From Candidatus Bipolaricaulota bacterium (GTDB lineage: Bacteria; Bipolaricaulota; Bipolaricaulia; M55B111): DNA of 59,838 bases. The notes under the pieces are model-generated. The model was given only the letters and a program-made list of their open reading frames with translations. It made no database searches and was not told the DNA's origin. The stretch is taken from the NCBI GenBank assembly GCA_018334915.1, contig JAGXLB010000002.1, positions 1 to 59,838 on the forward strand, given 5' to 3'. The stretch's first letter is position 1. Every line of letters starts with the position of its first letter. Made by a program: the position numbers and the translations under genes. Of this stretch, positions 9,051 through 19,480 are shown one piece after another.

Positions 9051-9643
9051 AAGCTAAATTTCACAGCCGATATTCAAAAAACCAAACTCAAACCATCATT
9101 TTACAAACGCTACCAGCAACCACAGATCCAATTTCCGAGCCAAACTATAAAGTCTAGAAAGTATTTTTTTAGTGGAGCTTACCATGATAACATATGACTA
9201 CAGAAACACTAAATAACAGGAGGAATAATTACATATTTCTAATTCTCATAGAACTATATCTGAAATTATCTTGTTTGTTCATTTAGAAACGAAAATATCA
9301 ATCCGCTTCAAATTCTTCCATAATTTAGTCCGACCTGTAAACTAGATGATAAATAGGTAAACATGGAATGTCAAATTATAATCCCCGCTTACCGGGACAG
9401 GTGTAGTAAGGTATAAGCAGGCACAGGAACTAGACTAATTAACAACCGGCAAATTTCCGAATAAAACTGAACCTAGTGGCAGGTTTGGCTTTTCGGATTG
9501 GGGGCAAAATTTCCATGAGATCTCAAGAAAAAGCTGAAGGAAGTACTTCTGAAATAAATAGACTAATATACACTATCGAGAGCCTTATCCCATGGGCTTT
9601 CACCACTTACAATACAATCTAGTGCCTAATTTAGAATATATCC

Positions 9644-10063
9644 TCAGAATCGACCTCCCCATTTGCCAAAAAGTATACTGAGGATCGAGCTTCTATTTTC
9701 TTTCATCAATTCGCCTGTAAAATCGTCGGATTTCTCCCGGGAAAGCTGTCTTACTCCCTCTGGTAACCCTTTTTCGAGCTCCCCTATATTCTCTTTGTTC
9801 TTCACCCTGATTGTGTAGAGGTCGGCTCCGTGGTCCCTTCCCTCTTTCATTTCATTCCAGACTAGGAATGTGTATTTATTCTCAATTGCCATCCCAACCA
9901 CTACATCACATTCTTGAACTATTGATTTAAGGTCGTCTTTTAGGCCGAACTCTGGTGGATTTACTATCTCGTCGGGCTCGAGAACCTCATCAATTATCTC
10001 CAGGCAGATAGTTTCAGTCCGGGTTCTAAAAGTTATAGTCGGATGGCTAAAATATACCTTCAT
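9644..10063 (-). CDS. Hypothetical cytoplasmic protein
   Basis: 139-aa ORF at the tail of the second ABC operon. No motif was recognised. Confidence 0.4.
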   Translation of the reverse strand: MKVYFSHPTITFRTRTETICLEIIDEVLEPDEIVNPPEFGLKDDLKSIVQECDVVVGMAIENKYTFLVWNEMKEGRDHGADLYTIRVKNKENIGELEKGLPEGVRQLSREKSDDFTGELMKENRSSILSILFGKWGGRF

Positions 10064-10070
10064 CTTACCC

Positions 10071-10664
10071 TTAATCTTCTCCCTCTTCGTTTTTTATCCC
10101 CATAAAGTCGACGTGTTGTCCCCCCTCTTCTAATTCCTCCTCCGACTCTTGTACTCTCTCTTTCGCAAAGTCGGCCATAAACTCGTCGAATCCCCGGTAA
10201 ATTGCTATTACACCAAAAACGGTAAAGAGGGCGGCCGGAATTGAGAGCCACCTGAACGGCTGATAAGAAAATTGAATCCGGTATTCGTAATCGTAACTAC
10301 CCTCACCAGAAGCCAGCTTAAAATAACTTACTTCCTTTTCTATCTTTACCATGCTACTCTCCTCGCCATCGAGGGAAACTCTCTGAACGATCTCCCGATT
10401 ATCGTTTAGTAGTTCAGCCTTAATCGGTTTTGATACTGCTTGATCTTCAAGTTTTAGATTCAATTTACCTTCGTTCTCGGGCCTCCGTTTCTCGATTCCC
10501 ACGGTTTCTCCCGGCCCAATACTTCCTTCTCGATAGTAGGTAGCAGTTCTCTTATAAATCGCGGAAAAGGCAAGGATCAAGGCCAGAAGAAGCATGACCG
10601 CGCCAAATAACATTCTCTTATTACCGGACAGGACTTCTAATATGCCTGGCGCTTTGCGGTTCAT
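10071..10664 (-). CDS. Hypothetical membrane protein (two TM helices, acidic C-terminal tail)
   Basis: 197-aa ORF with TM segments near residues 20-40 and 140-160. It lies downstream of the ABC ATPases. Confidence 0.45.
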   Translation of the reverse strand: MNRKAPGILEVLSGNKRMLFGAVMLLLALILAFSAIYKRTATYYREGSIGPGETVGIEKRRPENEGKLNLKLEDQAVSKPIKAELLNDNREIVQRVSLDGEESSMVKIEKEVSYFKLASGEGSYDYEYRIQFSYQPFRWLSIPAALFTVFGVIAIYRGFDEFMADFAKERVQESEEELEEGGQHVDFMGIKNEEGED

Positions 10665-10722
10665 GTATCCTTCCTTTCAGGAAAGGGGTAATACAGGCAG
10701 TTTTGTTCAACCGAAATTCTAG

Positions 10723-11724
10723 TTAAGGAACCTCCCCTGCAAAGTGGCAGGCGACTTCCCTGCCCTCGACTTGTCTCAATTCAGGCTCTTCTTCCTCACA
10801 TATATCCTGAGAGTAAGGGCATCTGGGGTGGAACCGGCAGCCAGGAGGTATGTGTGTAGCGTCCGGTACTTCACCCTTAATCGGAAGTTCTTTGATTACT
10901 TCAACCATTTCTGGCTTCGGCTCCGGTACAGCTTTCAACAGAGCCTGTGAGTAAGGGTGCAATGGGTTATCGAGTACCATCGAAACTTCCCCTTTTTCGA
11001 CAAATTTTCCGAGATACATAACGGAAATTGAGTCTGAAAAGAACCTCGAGGTAGATATATCGTGGGTAATGTAAAGGTAGGTCAGGTCTTCCTCGGTCAT
11101 GAGGTCCTTCATCAGGTTGAGTAACTCAGCCCGGACGGAAACATCCAGCATAGACGTAGGTTCATCAGCCACTATAAAATCGGGGTTGAGAATTAGGGCC
11201 CGCGCTATTGCGACCCTCTGTTTCTGACCGCCAGACAGCATGTGCGGATACCTGTCTATAAACTCCTCGGCCGGTGTGAGCTGAACCTCTTCCAGGGCAT
11301 CCATGACGATTTGCTTTCTCTCCTCGTAATCACCGCCGATATCGTGAATGTCCATCGGTTCTTCGAGAGTGTTAAAAGCGGTAAAGCGGGGGTCCATGGA
11401 GGAAAAGGGATCTTGAAAGATCATCTGTGTGGTCCGTCGATACGCCTTGAGGGCGCCGGATCCACTAATTTCCGTGACGTCCTTTCCTTCCATTATTAGC
11501 TTTCCGCCTGTGGCGTCCAGGAGCCTCATTACTACCTTTCCGAGAGTTGTCTTGCCGCAGCCGGATTCCCCAACAACTGCCATCGCGTTCTTCCTGGGGA
11601 TTTGAAAATCCACTTCGTCCACCGCTTTGACGTATTTTTTCTGGCTTCCAAGCAATCTACCAAAGAAAGACTGACTCATGGTATAGTACTTTTTGAGATT
11701 TTCAGCTTCCAGGACGGTATTCAT
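10723..11724 (-). CDS. Peptide ABC transporter ATP-binding protein (OppF/DppF-like)
   Basis: Walker A GESGCGKTT, signature LSGGQKQR and Walker B IVADEPTS, plus a C-terminal oligopeptide-type Cys motif. The start was moved to the ATG at 11724 (MNTVLEAENLKKYY), because the longer track ORF overlaps the upstream gene. Confidence 0.85.
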   Translation of the reverse strand: MNTVLEAENLKKYYTMSQSFFGRLLGSQKKYVKAVDEVDFQIPRKNAMAVVGESGCGKTTLGKVVMRLLDATGGKLIMEGKDVTEISGSGALKAYRRTTQMIFQDPFSSMDPRFTAFNTLEEPMDIHDIGGDYEERKQIVMDALEEVQLTPAEEFIDRYPHMLSGGQKQRVAIARALILNPDFIVADEPTSMLDVSVRAELLNLMKDLMTEEDLTYLYITHDISTSRFFSDSISVMYLGKFVEKGEVSMVLDNPLHPYSQALLKAVPEPKPEMVEVIKELPIKGEVPDATHIPPGCRFHPRCPYSQDICEEEEPELRQVEGREVACHFAGEVP

Positions 11725-11737
11725 GATCTCACCCCTC

Positions 11738-12709
11738 TCACGTGACCTCACCAGCGAAGTGACAGGCAACCTTCCTTCCCTCAACCACTCTTGGTTCCGG
11801 TACCTCTTCCTGGCAAACTTTTTCCGCGTAAGGACACCTGGGGTGGAACCGGCATCCCGAAGGGGGATCGACCAGGTTTGGCGGAGCACCGGGAATTCTC
11901 TCCAGTCTCTTTACGTCCTTATGGAGTCTTGGAATCGAAGCCAGGAGTTTTTCGGTATAAGGATGCTTAGGGTTGTTATATATCTTTTCCGCGTCCCCGA
12001 GTTCAGCAAACTTTCCGGCGTACATTATCGAGAGCTTGTTTGAAACCTCGGAGAGAATGCTGAGGTCGTGCGTAATGAATATCATCGATATTCCAAGTTC
12101 CTTTTTAAGGCGCTTAAGCAGGTTCATTATCTGGGCCTCCACAACCACGTCCAGCGATGTAGTTGGCTCATCCGCAATTAACACCGCAGGCTCTAGAAGC
12201 AAAGATGTTGCTATAATTACTCTCTGTTTTTGTCCCCCGCTCAATTCGTGGGGGTATCTCGTAAATATTTCCTCATCCAGTCCCACTTCTCCGAGGTACT
12301 TCTCACACTCCTTCCTTGCTTCATCTCCGGTAATCCCCTGGTGGTAATGTAATGGTTCTTTCATCTGATGCCCAACGGTATAAACGGGAGTCAATATGTC
12401 CATTGCGCCCTGAAAGACCATAGAAATTAGCTTCCATCTTACCTTCTTCCTTGTCTCCGTTTCGGATAGCTTAACGGCATTTATGCCGTCAATATTTACC
12501 TCTCCCCCGACCACTCGACCGGGAGGCTGAACCTGGTTAATAAGGGAAAAAGCCATGGTACTTTTTCCACATCCGCTCTCCCCGGCTACACCCATCGATT
12601 CCCCTCTATCAAGACCAAAACTGGCGTCGTCCAGAGCCCGGACCTCGCCTTTTCTCGTGAAGTAGTGAGTGGTCAAGTTTCGCACGTCAAGAACAGGATT
12701 ATCCATCAT
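11738..12709 (-). CDS. Peptide ABC transporter ATP-binding protein (OppD/DppD-like)
   Basis: Walker A GESGCGKST, signature LSGGQKQR, Walker B LIADEPTT. Confidence 0.88.
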   Translation of the reverse strand: MMDNPVLDVRNLTTHYFTRKGEVRALDDASFGLDRGESMGVAGESGCGKSTMAFSLINQVQPPGRVVGGEVNIDGINAVKLSETETRKKVRWKLISMVFQGAMDILTPVYTVGHQMKEPLHYHQGITGDEARKECEKYLGEVGLDEEIFTRYPHELSGGQKQRVIIATSLLLEPAVLIADEPTTSLDVVVEAQIMNLLKRLKKELGISMIFITHDLSILSEVSNKLSIMYAGKFAELGDAEKIYNNPKHPYTEKLLASIPRLHKDVKRLERIPGAPPNLVDPPSGCRFHPRCPYAEKVCQEEVPEPRVVEGRKVACHFAGEVT

Positions 12710-12740
12710 TATCCCCCTAACACAAGCCTATTCACAAAGC

Positions 12741-14153
12741 CTATTCCTGTTTCATCTTCGGATTGACGATCCTTTCAACCGCCATACCGGCCGATATAAA
12801 CCCAAACCCCAGTAGCGTGATCCCCAGTCCGGGCAGCAGGACCCACCACCACATCCCCCGGATAGTGGCTCCCGCACTGTTTGCCTCGCTTAACATGGTT
12901 CCCCAAGTTACTACCGTAGGATCACCGAGACCCAGCACGTGTAACCCGGCAGCAGCTATTATTGCCATGGGGACCATCAACGCCGCCTCCGCAAAAGCGT
13001 AGGGAAGCATCTGGGGAATCATGTGACCGCGAATAATCCTCGCCCCGCTAGCCCCCAGAGCCTCACCCGCCTCAACGTAAGTATTTTGTCTGATCTGCAG
13101 TCCTCGGGCTCTGATGGTCTTGGCGATACCCCTCCAGTACAGTAGTGTCATGATAAATATTACAAACCAGATGCTACGCCCCCATAACGTAGCTACAACC
13201 ACGAGAATTGGCAGGGTCGGTATTCCCATCACTATTTCGTTCAGACGCTGCATAAGCTCGTCGACCCACCCTCCGTAATAGGCGCTGGTCATTCCAAATA
13301 TCAAGGCTATTATTACCGTTCCAACAGCAACGGACAACCCAAGGATAAGCCCGTACCTTGCTCCCCAGATCCAGCCCCGGGCAATATCGTGACCACCACC
13401 ATCGGTCCCCATCAGGCCGTAAACCTGACCCATGTATATGACCCGCGATCTCGTAATCTCTGATTCCGGGCCAACAAGCATCAATTCAAATCTATACTCC
13501 CCATTTAATGGTTCCGTATCCGTTAGCATTCCTTCCTGAGCTTTAGCAAATGCCGTTCGGGTAACGTCCATCTCGCTCGGGTCGGGAGTCCCGCCCTCTT
13601 CAAAACCTTTGGCAAATCTGTGGACCCTCGTCCTTTGTCTGTTTCCCCCAAACAAGCTCAACCGCGTATCAAAAGTAAACCCGTCCTCGCTTTCTGCCCC
13701 CTGAACGTCTTGAGTTCTTAGCTGAAGCTTTTCCCCGTCGGGCCTGACCATGCTCGCTATCAATTTCGGTTCTTCGTTTTCGTAATTCCCCTCTAAGTAA
13801 AAAACGACGTTCTTCGGAGGTAAATCGGTATCAAATTGGTAATCGTAAACCAGGGTGGTTATCACGGACTCACTCGTTGTACTTGCGGGTTGGCTTTTCA
13901 CCTGTTGAGTCGCCTTGCTCGTTCCGGTGAAAAAGTTCATCCAAAAGGGCGGAGCGCCATTTGGTAGGTCTCTCCAGCGGTCCACGTTGTCCCATTTTCT
14001 ATTTGTATCCGGAGCGAGAGATGGAGCCAAGAGCGCCAGTATAACCATTGAGATGATTAAACCTAACCCAATCATCCCCGTAGTCTCGCCCCTGTACTCG
14101 CGAAATACTTCAAAAAACCCTCGTAGGAAGTCTTTTAATTTTTTCTTGATCAT
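12741..14153 (-). CDS. Peptide ABC transporter permease (OppC-like) with a large extracytoplasmic N-terminal loop
   Basis: 470 aa. TM1 is followed by a ~200-aa soluble segment and then a typical BPD-transporter core. Confidence 0.8.
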   Translation of the reverse strand: MIKKKLKDFLRGFFEVFREYRGETTGMIGLGLIISMVILALLAPSLAPDTNRKWDNVDRWRDLPNGAPPFWMNFFTGTSKATQQVKSQPASTTSESVITTLVYDYQFDTDLPPKNVVFYLEGNYENEEPKLIASMVRPDGEKLQLRTQDVQGAESEDGFTFDTRLSLFGGNRQRTRVHRFAKGFEEGGTPDPSEMDVTRTAFAKAQEGMLTDTEPLNGEYRFELMLVGPESEITRSRVIYMGQVYGLMGTDGGGHDIARGWIWGARYGLILGLSVAVGTVIIALIFGMTSAYYGGWVDELMQRLNEIVMGIPTLPILVVVATLWGRSIWFVIFIMTLLYWRGIAKTIRARGLQIRQNTYVEAGEALGASGARIIRGHMIPQMLPYAFAEAALMVPMAIIAAAGLHVLGLGDPTVVTWGTMLSEANSAGATIRGMWWWVLLPGLGITLLGFGFISAGMAVERIVNPKMKQE

Positions 14154-14164
14154 TATTATATCAC

Positions 14165-15226
14165 CTACCGCATCGACTGCGAGGTCCCTACTTCGACCCT
14201 GGGATCAAGTAGACCATAGAGTAGATCGGCCACCAGGTAACCAAAAATATACATAGCGGAGGTAATGAACATAACCCCCATAACCACAGGAATATCTCCC
14301 TGCATGATTGCTACCCTGGTCAACAAACCAATTCCCGGCCAATTGAAGATAACTTCGGTAATCATCGCCCCGCCTATCGACATGAGCAACGACAGTAGAG
14401 CTGAAGTTACGACAGGGGGGGCTGCAGTTCTTAGAGTATGACCGTAGATTACTTTACGCTCGGGAATCCCTTTCGCTCTTGCCGCCATGATGTAGTCATC
14501 CTGAAGGACGTCGGTGACAATATTCCTCGTCACCCAGGCTCTCGCACCAAATATGTTGAATACGATCGTTGCCAGCGGTAGTGCCAGTCTATAAAGTACT
14601 CCAAGGTAGTAATCCAGACCAGTAGTCTGAGGCAGCGGCATAGCTGTAGAAGGAAACCAGCCAAGCTGGTAGGCAAAGACCAATATAGCAAGCATTCCAA
14701 GCCACCACATAGGCATGCTGGAAGAAGTCATACCAAAGATCGATAAGAACCTGTCCAATTTACCCCCTGCAACCTGCGCCGCCTTTAAACCAACCACCAG
14801 ACCAAGCAAGACGTAAATAACCGCGGCAGTTGTAAACAGGAGGATAGTTCTCGGAAGCCTCGACATGATTATATCCATTACCTGTCTGCTTCCACCGGGA
14901 GCCGTCATCATGTAGGATTGTCCGAAATCGAGCGTCATCCTGTCCCATGCGTCCATAAATATCCTCTTCCAGACTGCCTGGTCCAGCCCCCATCTGTCCC
15001 TGAGTTTATCTATTTCGTTTTCTCGCCATTCCTCTAACTCTTCGTCGGATAGCTGCTGGAGCTCGGTGCTATTGCGAACCCGAGCAGTAACTGTCTGCCG
15101 GATTCTCGTCTGTAACTGTTCCTCAGACATACTGTTAAACAAAGAGGAGAGGATAAGTATTACTATTCCCAGAGTAATCAAAGCCTGAAAAGTCCTAAAT
15201 ACGAGGTACTTCACCCTCGCTGGCAT
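14165..15226 (-). CDS. Peptide ABC transporter permease (OppB-like)
   Basis: 353 aa, multi-TM, with C-terminal LLDPRV as in OppB/DppB. Confidence 0.8.
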   Translation of the reverse strand: MPARVKYLVFRTFQALITLGIVILILSSLFNSMSEEQLQTRIRQTVTARVRNSTELQQLSDEELEEWRENEIDKLRDRWGLDQAVWKRIFMDAWDRMTLDFGQSYMMTAPGGSRQVMDIIMSRLPRTILLFTTAAVIYVLLGLVVGLKAAQVAGGKLDRFLSIFGMTSSSMPMWWLGMLAILVFAYQLGWFPSTAMPLPQTTGLDYYLGVLYRLALPLATIVFNIFGARAWVTRNIVTDVLQDDYIMAARAKGIPERKVIYGHTLRTAAPPVVTSALLSLLMSIGGAMITEVIFNWPGIGLLTRVAIMQGDIPVVMGVMFITSAMYIFGYLVADLLYGLLDPRVEVGTSQSMR

Positions 15227-15579
15227 CTTTTCTTCCCCCTTGACAAAAACGGATTAGTAAAAAACCTATTCTAGCTTGCTTTAGTGCGTCCGGAACATCC
15301 GGTTTCGAAGTCTTCTTTCCTCCCGGATCCCTCTTCTTCAGCTTGGCGGAACATCACCCGTCTAAACCTCATCAGTTCTTTTCTGCAAAATTACTTAAAT
15401 AAAAATAATTGAGAGAAAAGAAAATATCAAACAAATAAGTAAGGACTTCTTATCAGAGTACTTAGACCGGATTTTAGGGACGATTTTAATCAAACAATTT
15501 CCCCCTGAACCCTTTTCTCGAGTTAAAATAAAAACCGTAGAATTAGTATCAACTTAATAAAGTTCTTTAAACTTTCTCG

Positions 15580-15626
15580 TATAAATAAAAACAGGGGTGA
15601 GGCCTAACTCAGACCCCACCCTGTTA
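15580..15626 (-). terminator. Probable intrinsic terminator/attenuator between the SBP gene and the permease genes
   Basis: The minus-strand RNA ACAGGGUGGGG..loop..CCUCACCCCUGU forms a GC-rich imperfect stem followed by UUUUUAUUUAU. It lies ~50 nt after the SBP stop. Confidence 0.55.
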
Positions 15627-15674
15627 GTGGTTTCAATTAATGTACATTAAGTTCGTTAACCTAAAATTATCCAC

Positions 15675-18239
15675 TTATATCAGGACTATGGTGGACGTAG
15701 ACTCTACCACGGAAGCTTCCTGACCTGGCAGCGATCCGACTACTTTGACCGTGTAAGCTCCCGGGTCAAGATCCACGGTAGCGTCCGCCGGCATTGTTGC
15801 CTTGAATGTTCCTGGCTCCGAAAGTTCCGCCTGCACTGATTGAAGCAGCTCCCCGTCCGAGAGTAGCCTAACTTCGATGTTTCCTTCTTCCGCCGGAGCG
15901 GATTCTTCAGTCGGGTAGGACTGGGTCCTTTCCGCGCTAATGGTGACATCGAAGTTGGATCCTCTTGGCGTGTTAGTCGGAACCTGGATGTTACCGATCG
16001 TCAGGCTGACAAACTTCATTGTCTCTGCCCAGTGGTCCCAGCTATACGGGTATTCCGGATTATCGACAACCTGGTCAAACCTTTCGAAATTCATTACCTT
16101 ATTCTGGGCGTCGTAATTGGTCAGTACGAACGGTCCTTGTGACGGGTAGAAATGACCGTATTCGTCGTAGAACTCAATTACGCTATCCACTTCCTCGCTT
16201 AATTCATCCGAAGTCATCGGTGCAGGTGAATTATTTTCTTCCTTGAGATAAGGAGGAACATTGAAGTTCTCCTTCATGGAGTTCAGCTTTGCCTTAAAGT
16301 CCTGCCCCTGGCTTTCACTGATAAAGTGAACCCACTGAGAACCTTCGGATTCTTCCCAGGTATAAGATTCTTCCAGAACGGGCGAGGGCTCTTCAGAAGC
16401 AACCAGTTCGCCGGCTGCGTAATTTATCTCCCAGGGTTTGGTAACTCCTAAATTGTAGTACATACCAATCATCGAGTCCTCCGGGAATGTGTAGTCGCCG
16501 TAGACGGTGAACTCTCCATCTCCGTGCCAGACGACCCCTCGGACTTTTTCGTAGAAAGGTCTTGACTGACCGCCAAAGCCACTGTTAAACTTGGGATCTC
16601 CTTCGCCGTCCTGATAGGCCCATTCCTTGCTGAAAGCCCAGGAGGCAACGAGGTCCGTGTCGTCTATCATGTGTCCATCGTGGAATTTGGAGAACTTCCA
16701 GTCGTAGGTGGCACTCGTTGCGGCCATGGTCCCCTCTTCCACGTTTTTCCATTCTTCGGCTTCGGTGTCGTAGTAAACGGCATCGTTCGGTACTTCCAGG
16801 CCCGGCTTCAACTCGCCTTCCTCGTACTTGTAGTCCTTTTCTATGTTCGTCCATTCACCACGGATGGGTACATTTAGACCCGTCTGCGGATCTGACCAGT
16901 AAGGTTCATCTCGCATTAATCTGATTAATCTCTGAGTATAGGCGTCCGTCGATCCACCAATAAAGTTCCAGTTATCCATGAACAGGTTGCCCTGACTGGC
17001 GAACTCGGCAGTGTCCAGCACCCCGTCTACAGTCTTTATTGTTCTCCCCGTCCAAACACTGGACCAGCCAATTTTTCCGTCCGGAATGAACGAAACGACC
17101 TGTTCCTCGTTGTACGGGTAATAATCAAAGGTCGTAGTCAGGAAAACTCTAACGCTTTCTTCCAGACCGAGATCGATACACGTCTGGAAAGTTTCCCAGT
17201 ATTCCTCCTGAGTTTCCAGCAACCCTTGCTGAATCTTCTTTCCGTACTTGTCCAGTTCCTCATTCTGGTACCTCCAGGCGTTCTCTCCAGCAAATCCGCC
17301 CGGCATGTAGCCGTAAAACGGTGAGTACATCTGGAAGGCACTGAACCTTTCGAAGAAGGAGTTACCGGAAGCGATCCAGCCGCCGGTGTAGACGTGCCAT
17401 TTAAGTGCCTTGGGGTCGGTGTACCAGGCGTTTTGGATGGCTTTCCTCCTGTCCCATTGTTTTCTCTGGGGTTTGATGCCGACCTTTTCCAGCTGATCAC
17501 AGTAATACTGGCCAATCTGCTTTCTCTCGTCCTCGACCCGGATCATGACTATCGGCTCTATCGGATTGAATTCCTCTTCATTAGGCCCTTTGTACGCCCA
17601 CCAGTAACCTACAGGGGAGGCATCCGTTTCCATCTTCTTCAACTCGCCCTCGAGTTCGGGATCTTCCATGGCGGATTCCAGGGCCTCCGTAATCATCGTC
17701 TTGGCCTTTTCAAAATCGCCGGTTGGCGTTACCCCATGTTCATCAACTACTGGCTGGACGTATTTATCGTAAGTAGATACGCTCGAGGCAACAGACGTAG
17801 GTCTGACCGCTGCGTAGCCGTTATACATTTCTTCGACTATTTTTTCCCTATCCACGAGCCAGTTCATCGCGTAGCGGAATTTCTTTATGGAATAAGGGTT
17901 GAACTGTCTTTTGCCGCCAACCTCGGAAGTGTACTTTGCAGAAGCTGCAGGATTGAAGTAGAGGTTGTTGTAAGCTCCGGCACTTCTAATTCTGCCGATT
18001 TTTTCCCGCATGCTTTCGGATATCCCTTCGAATTGTTTCCCCGGTACTCCTTGCATAAAGAGGTCAAGCGTACCTTCGGCAGTATCCCCAATACCCGTAG
18101 ATTCGCTAGTCCTGACTTCCAGGTTGATCTCCTTTACCAGTTCCCCTTCTTCTTCCTGAGCTAAAACGGCCGTAAAAGCACTCAAAACTAACAGCAGGGA
18201 TAAAGAAATTACTACTGCACTTTTATAATTATAATTCAT
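15675..18239 (-). CDS. Large ABC transporter substrate-binding protein, family 5, with a C-terminal extension
   Basis: 854 aa with a signal peptide and SBP_bac_5-like core. It is the first gene of the complete ABC operon. Confidence 0.75.
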   Translation of the reverse strand: MNYNYKSAVVISLSLLLVLSAFTAVLAQEEEGELVKEINLEVRTSESTGIGDTAEGTLDLFMQGVPGKQFEGISESMREKIGRIRSAGAYNNLYFNPAASAKYTSEVGGKRQFNPYSIKKFRYAMNWLVDREKIVEEMYNGYAAVRPTSVASSVSTYDKYVQPVVDEHGVTPTGDFEKAKTMITEALESAMEDPELEGELKKMETDASPVGYWWAYKGPNEEEFNPIEPIVMIRVEDERKQIGQYYCDQLEKVGIKPQRKQWDRRKAIQNAWYTDPKALKWHVYTGGWIASGNSFFERFSAFQMYSPFYGYMPGGFAGENAWRYQNEELDKYGKKIQQGLLETQEEYWETFQTCIDLGLEESVRVFLTTTFDYYPYNEEQVVSFIPDGKIGWSSVWTGRTIKTVDGVLDTAEFASQGNLFMDNWNFIGGSTDAYTQRLIRLMRDEPYWSDPQTGLNVPIRGEWTNIEKDYKYEEGELKPGLEVPNDAVYYDTEAEEWKNVEEGTMAATSATYDWKFSKFHDGHMIDDTDLVASWAFSKEWAYQDGEGDPKFNSGFGGQSRPFYEKVRGVVWHGDGEFTVYGDYTFPEDSMIGMYYNLGVTKPWEINYAAGELVASEEPSPVLEESYTWEESEGSQWVHFISESQGQDFKAKLNSMKENFNVPPYLKEENNSPAPMTSDELSEEVDSVIEFYDEYGHFYPSQGPFVLTNYDAQNKVMNFERFDQVVDNPEYPYSWDHWAETMKFVSLTIGNIQVPTNTPRGSNFDVTISAERTQSYPTEESAPAEEGNIEVRLLSDGELLQSVQAELSEPGTFKATMPADATVDLDPGAYTVKVVGSLPGQEASVVESTSTIVLI

Positions 18240-18823
18240 TTTGCCCTCCTTAAAATTATCGCTATTTTTTCCTACAGGGTAAGAAAAATGGATGAATCAA
18301 ACCAACTAAAACTTTTAAAGGACCATGGTAAAACAGCCCTACGAACTCTAGATCCCTTCTTGAATAATCAACCGTGAGCGTACCACCTCCTTTCTGAAAA
18401 TTGTAACCAACCTTTTGTTTCATAAATACAATATTATTCTTTCAGGCCTGGGCTAATACAAATGAAGATTTCCATCTTAAATCATTCACTAGCCCCAATG
18501 GTTATCAACTTCATAATAAATAGATCAGTAATGTATTTCAAATTAAACATCCGGACAAACCTGTTAAAATTTTTTTGATGGGTCTAAAACTGTAGCCGAA
18601 ATTCGATCACCAATCGAGGCTCCTAACCAAAGCTTTTAATTGGACAACCTAAATAACTCGAAGTAGCTCTCTCCTGCTTGTCGAAGTTAAACTTTGAGGA
18701 AGAAACTCGCAGTTCTGGTTGAAAACATCCATTCAGCTCAACAAACTAATAGTGGCTTACTGACAAGTATGTTTACCAAAAGAAAGGAAAATTGGAGGAA
18801 AACGAGGAATTTGGAGAGTCAGA

Positions 18824-19468
18824 ATGTTAACATTTATCTACTTTATAGTCTATTTTTTTGGCTTACCCTTAATATTACTTTACTTTTACCTGAGATTTAG
18901 ATCTCAAAGAGAGTTCATTAATTTCTTCGGATCCTTGAATAGCACGTATAGTAAAAAAAACAAGGAGAGAAGAGAAATCGCCGAGGAAAAACGCTATCGG
19001 CTGAGGATAATTTTTGTTATCATCCTGATCGTGTTTCTCTTTTCCTGGCACTTTATCACCTCTGAACTCGCGGATATAAGGATGAGAAGGGAGATGGAAT
19101 TCGGATTAGGGGGGGTATATTCGGAGAACCCTATCGTAGTGTCATTGGGACCGACTTACAACGTGAGTGAGGTAATTGATACGATGAATAAGAAAGAAGA
19201 ACGATGGCTCCCTGATAAGGTAAAAGAAGTTGTAGATTTAGAGAACCTAACTAATTTCAAGGGGAAAATAGCTGTTTACCGAACTTACGATCAGAGGTAT
19301 ATTATCACCTATACTTACCTCTTACCTTATCCTATTATAAAAAGTTTCGGATTCAAGTACGTCAAAACTGACGACGGTCGGTTAAAGATAATTAAGAAGG
19401 ACAAAAGGACAATTTTTTACCCACTTGGTCCCGGAATAGTAGACAATACGGCGAAATTGGTAAACTAA
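18824..19468 (+). CDS. Hypothetical membrane protein in an AT-rich segment
   Basis: 214-aa ORF with two TM helices. Its F/Y/I/K/N-rich composition differs from neighbouring genes. Confidence 0.4.
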   Translation: MLTFIYFIVYFFGLPLILLYFYLRFRSQREFINFFGSLNSTYSKKNKERREIAEEKRYRLRIIFVIILIVFLFSWHFITSELADIRMRREMEFGLGGVYSENPIVVSLGPTYNVSEVIDTMNKKEERWLPDKVKEVVDLENLTNFKGKIAVYRTYDQRYIITYTYLLPYPIIKSFGFKYVKTDDGRLKIIKKDKRTIFYPLGPGIVDNTAKLVN

Positions 19469-19480
19469 CTCCCGGCAGTA

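Noticed and set aside
10723-11889. N-terminal extensions of track ORFs: oppF-like to 11889, trkA copy 2 to 46561, phoH from 27646, kdpA from 38104, and 56604-58136.
   Set aside because: The extensions overlap upstream genes or lack an SD. Internal ATGs with good SDs coincide with the conserved N-termini, so the shorter coordinates were used.
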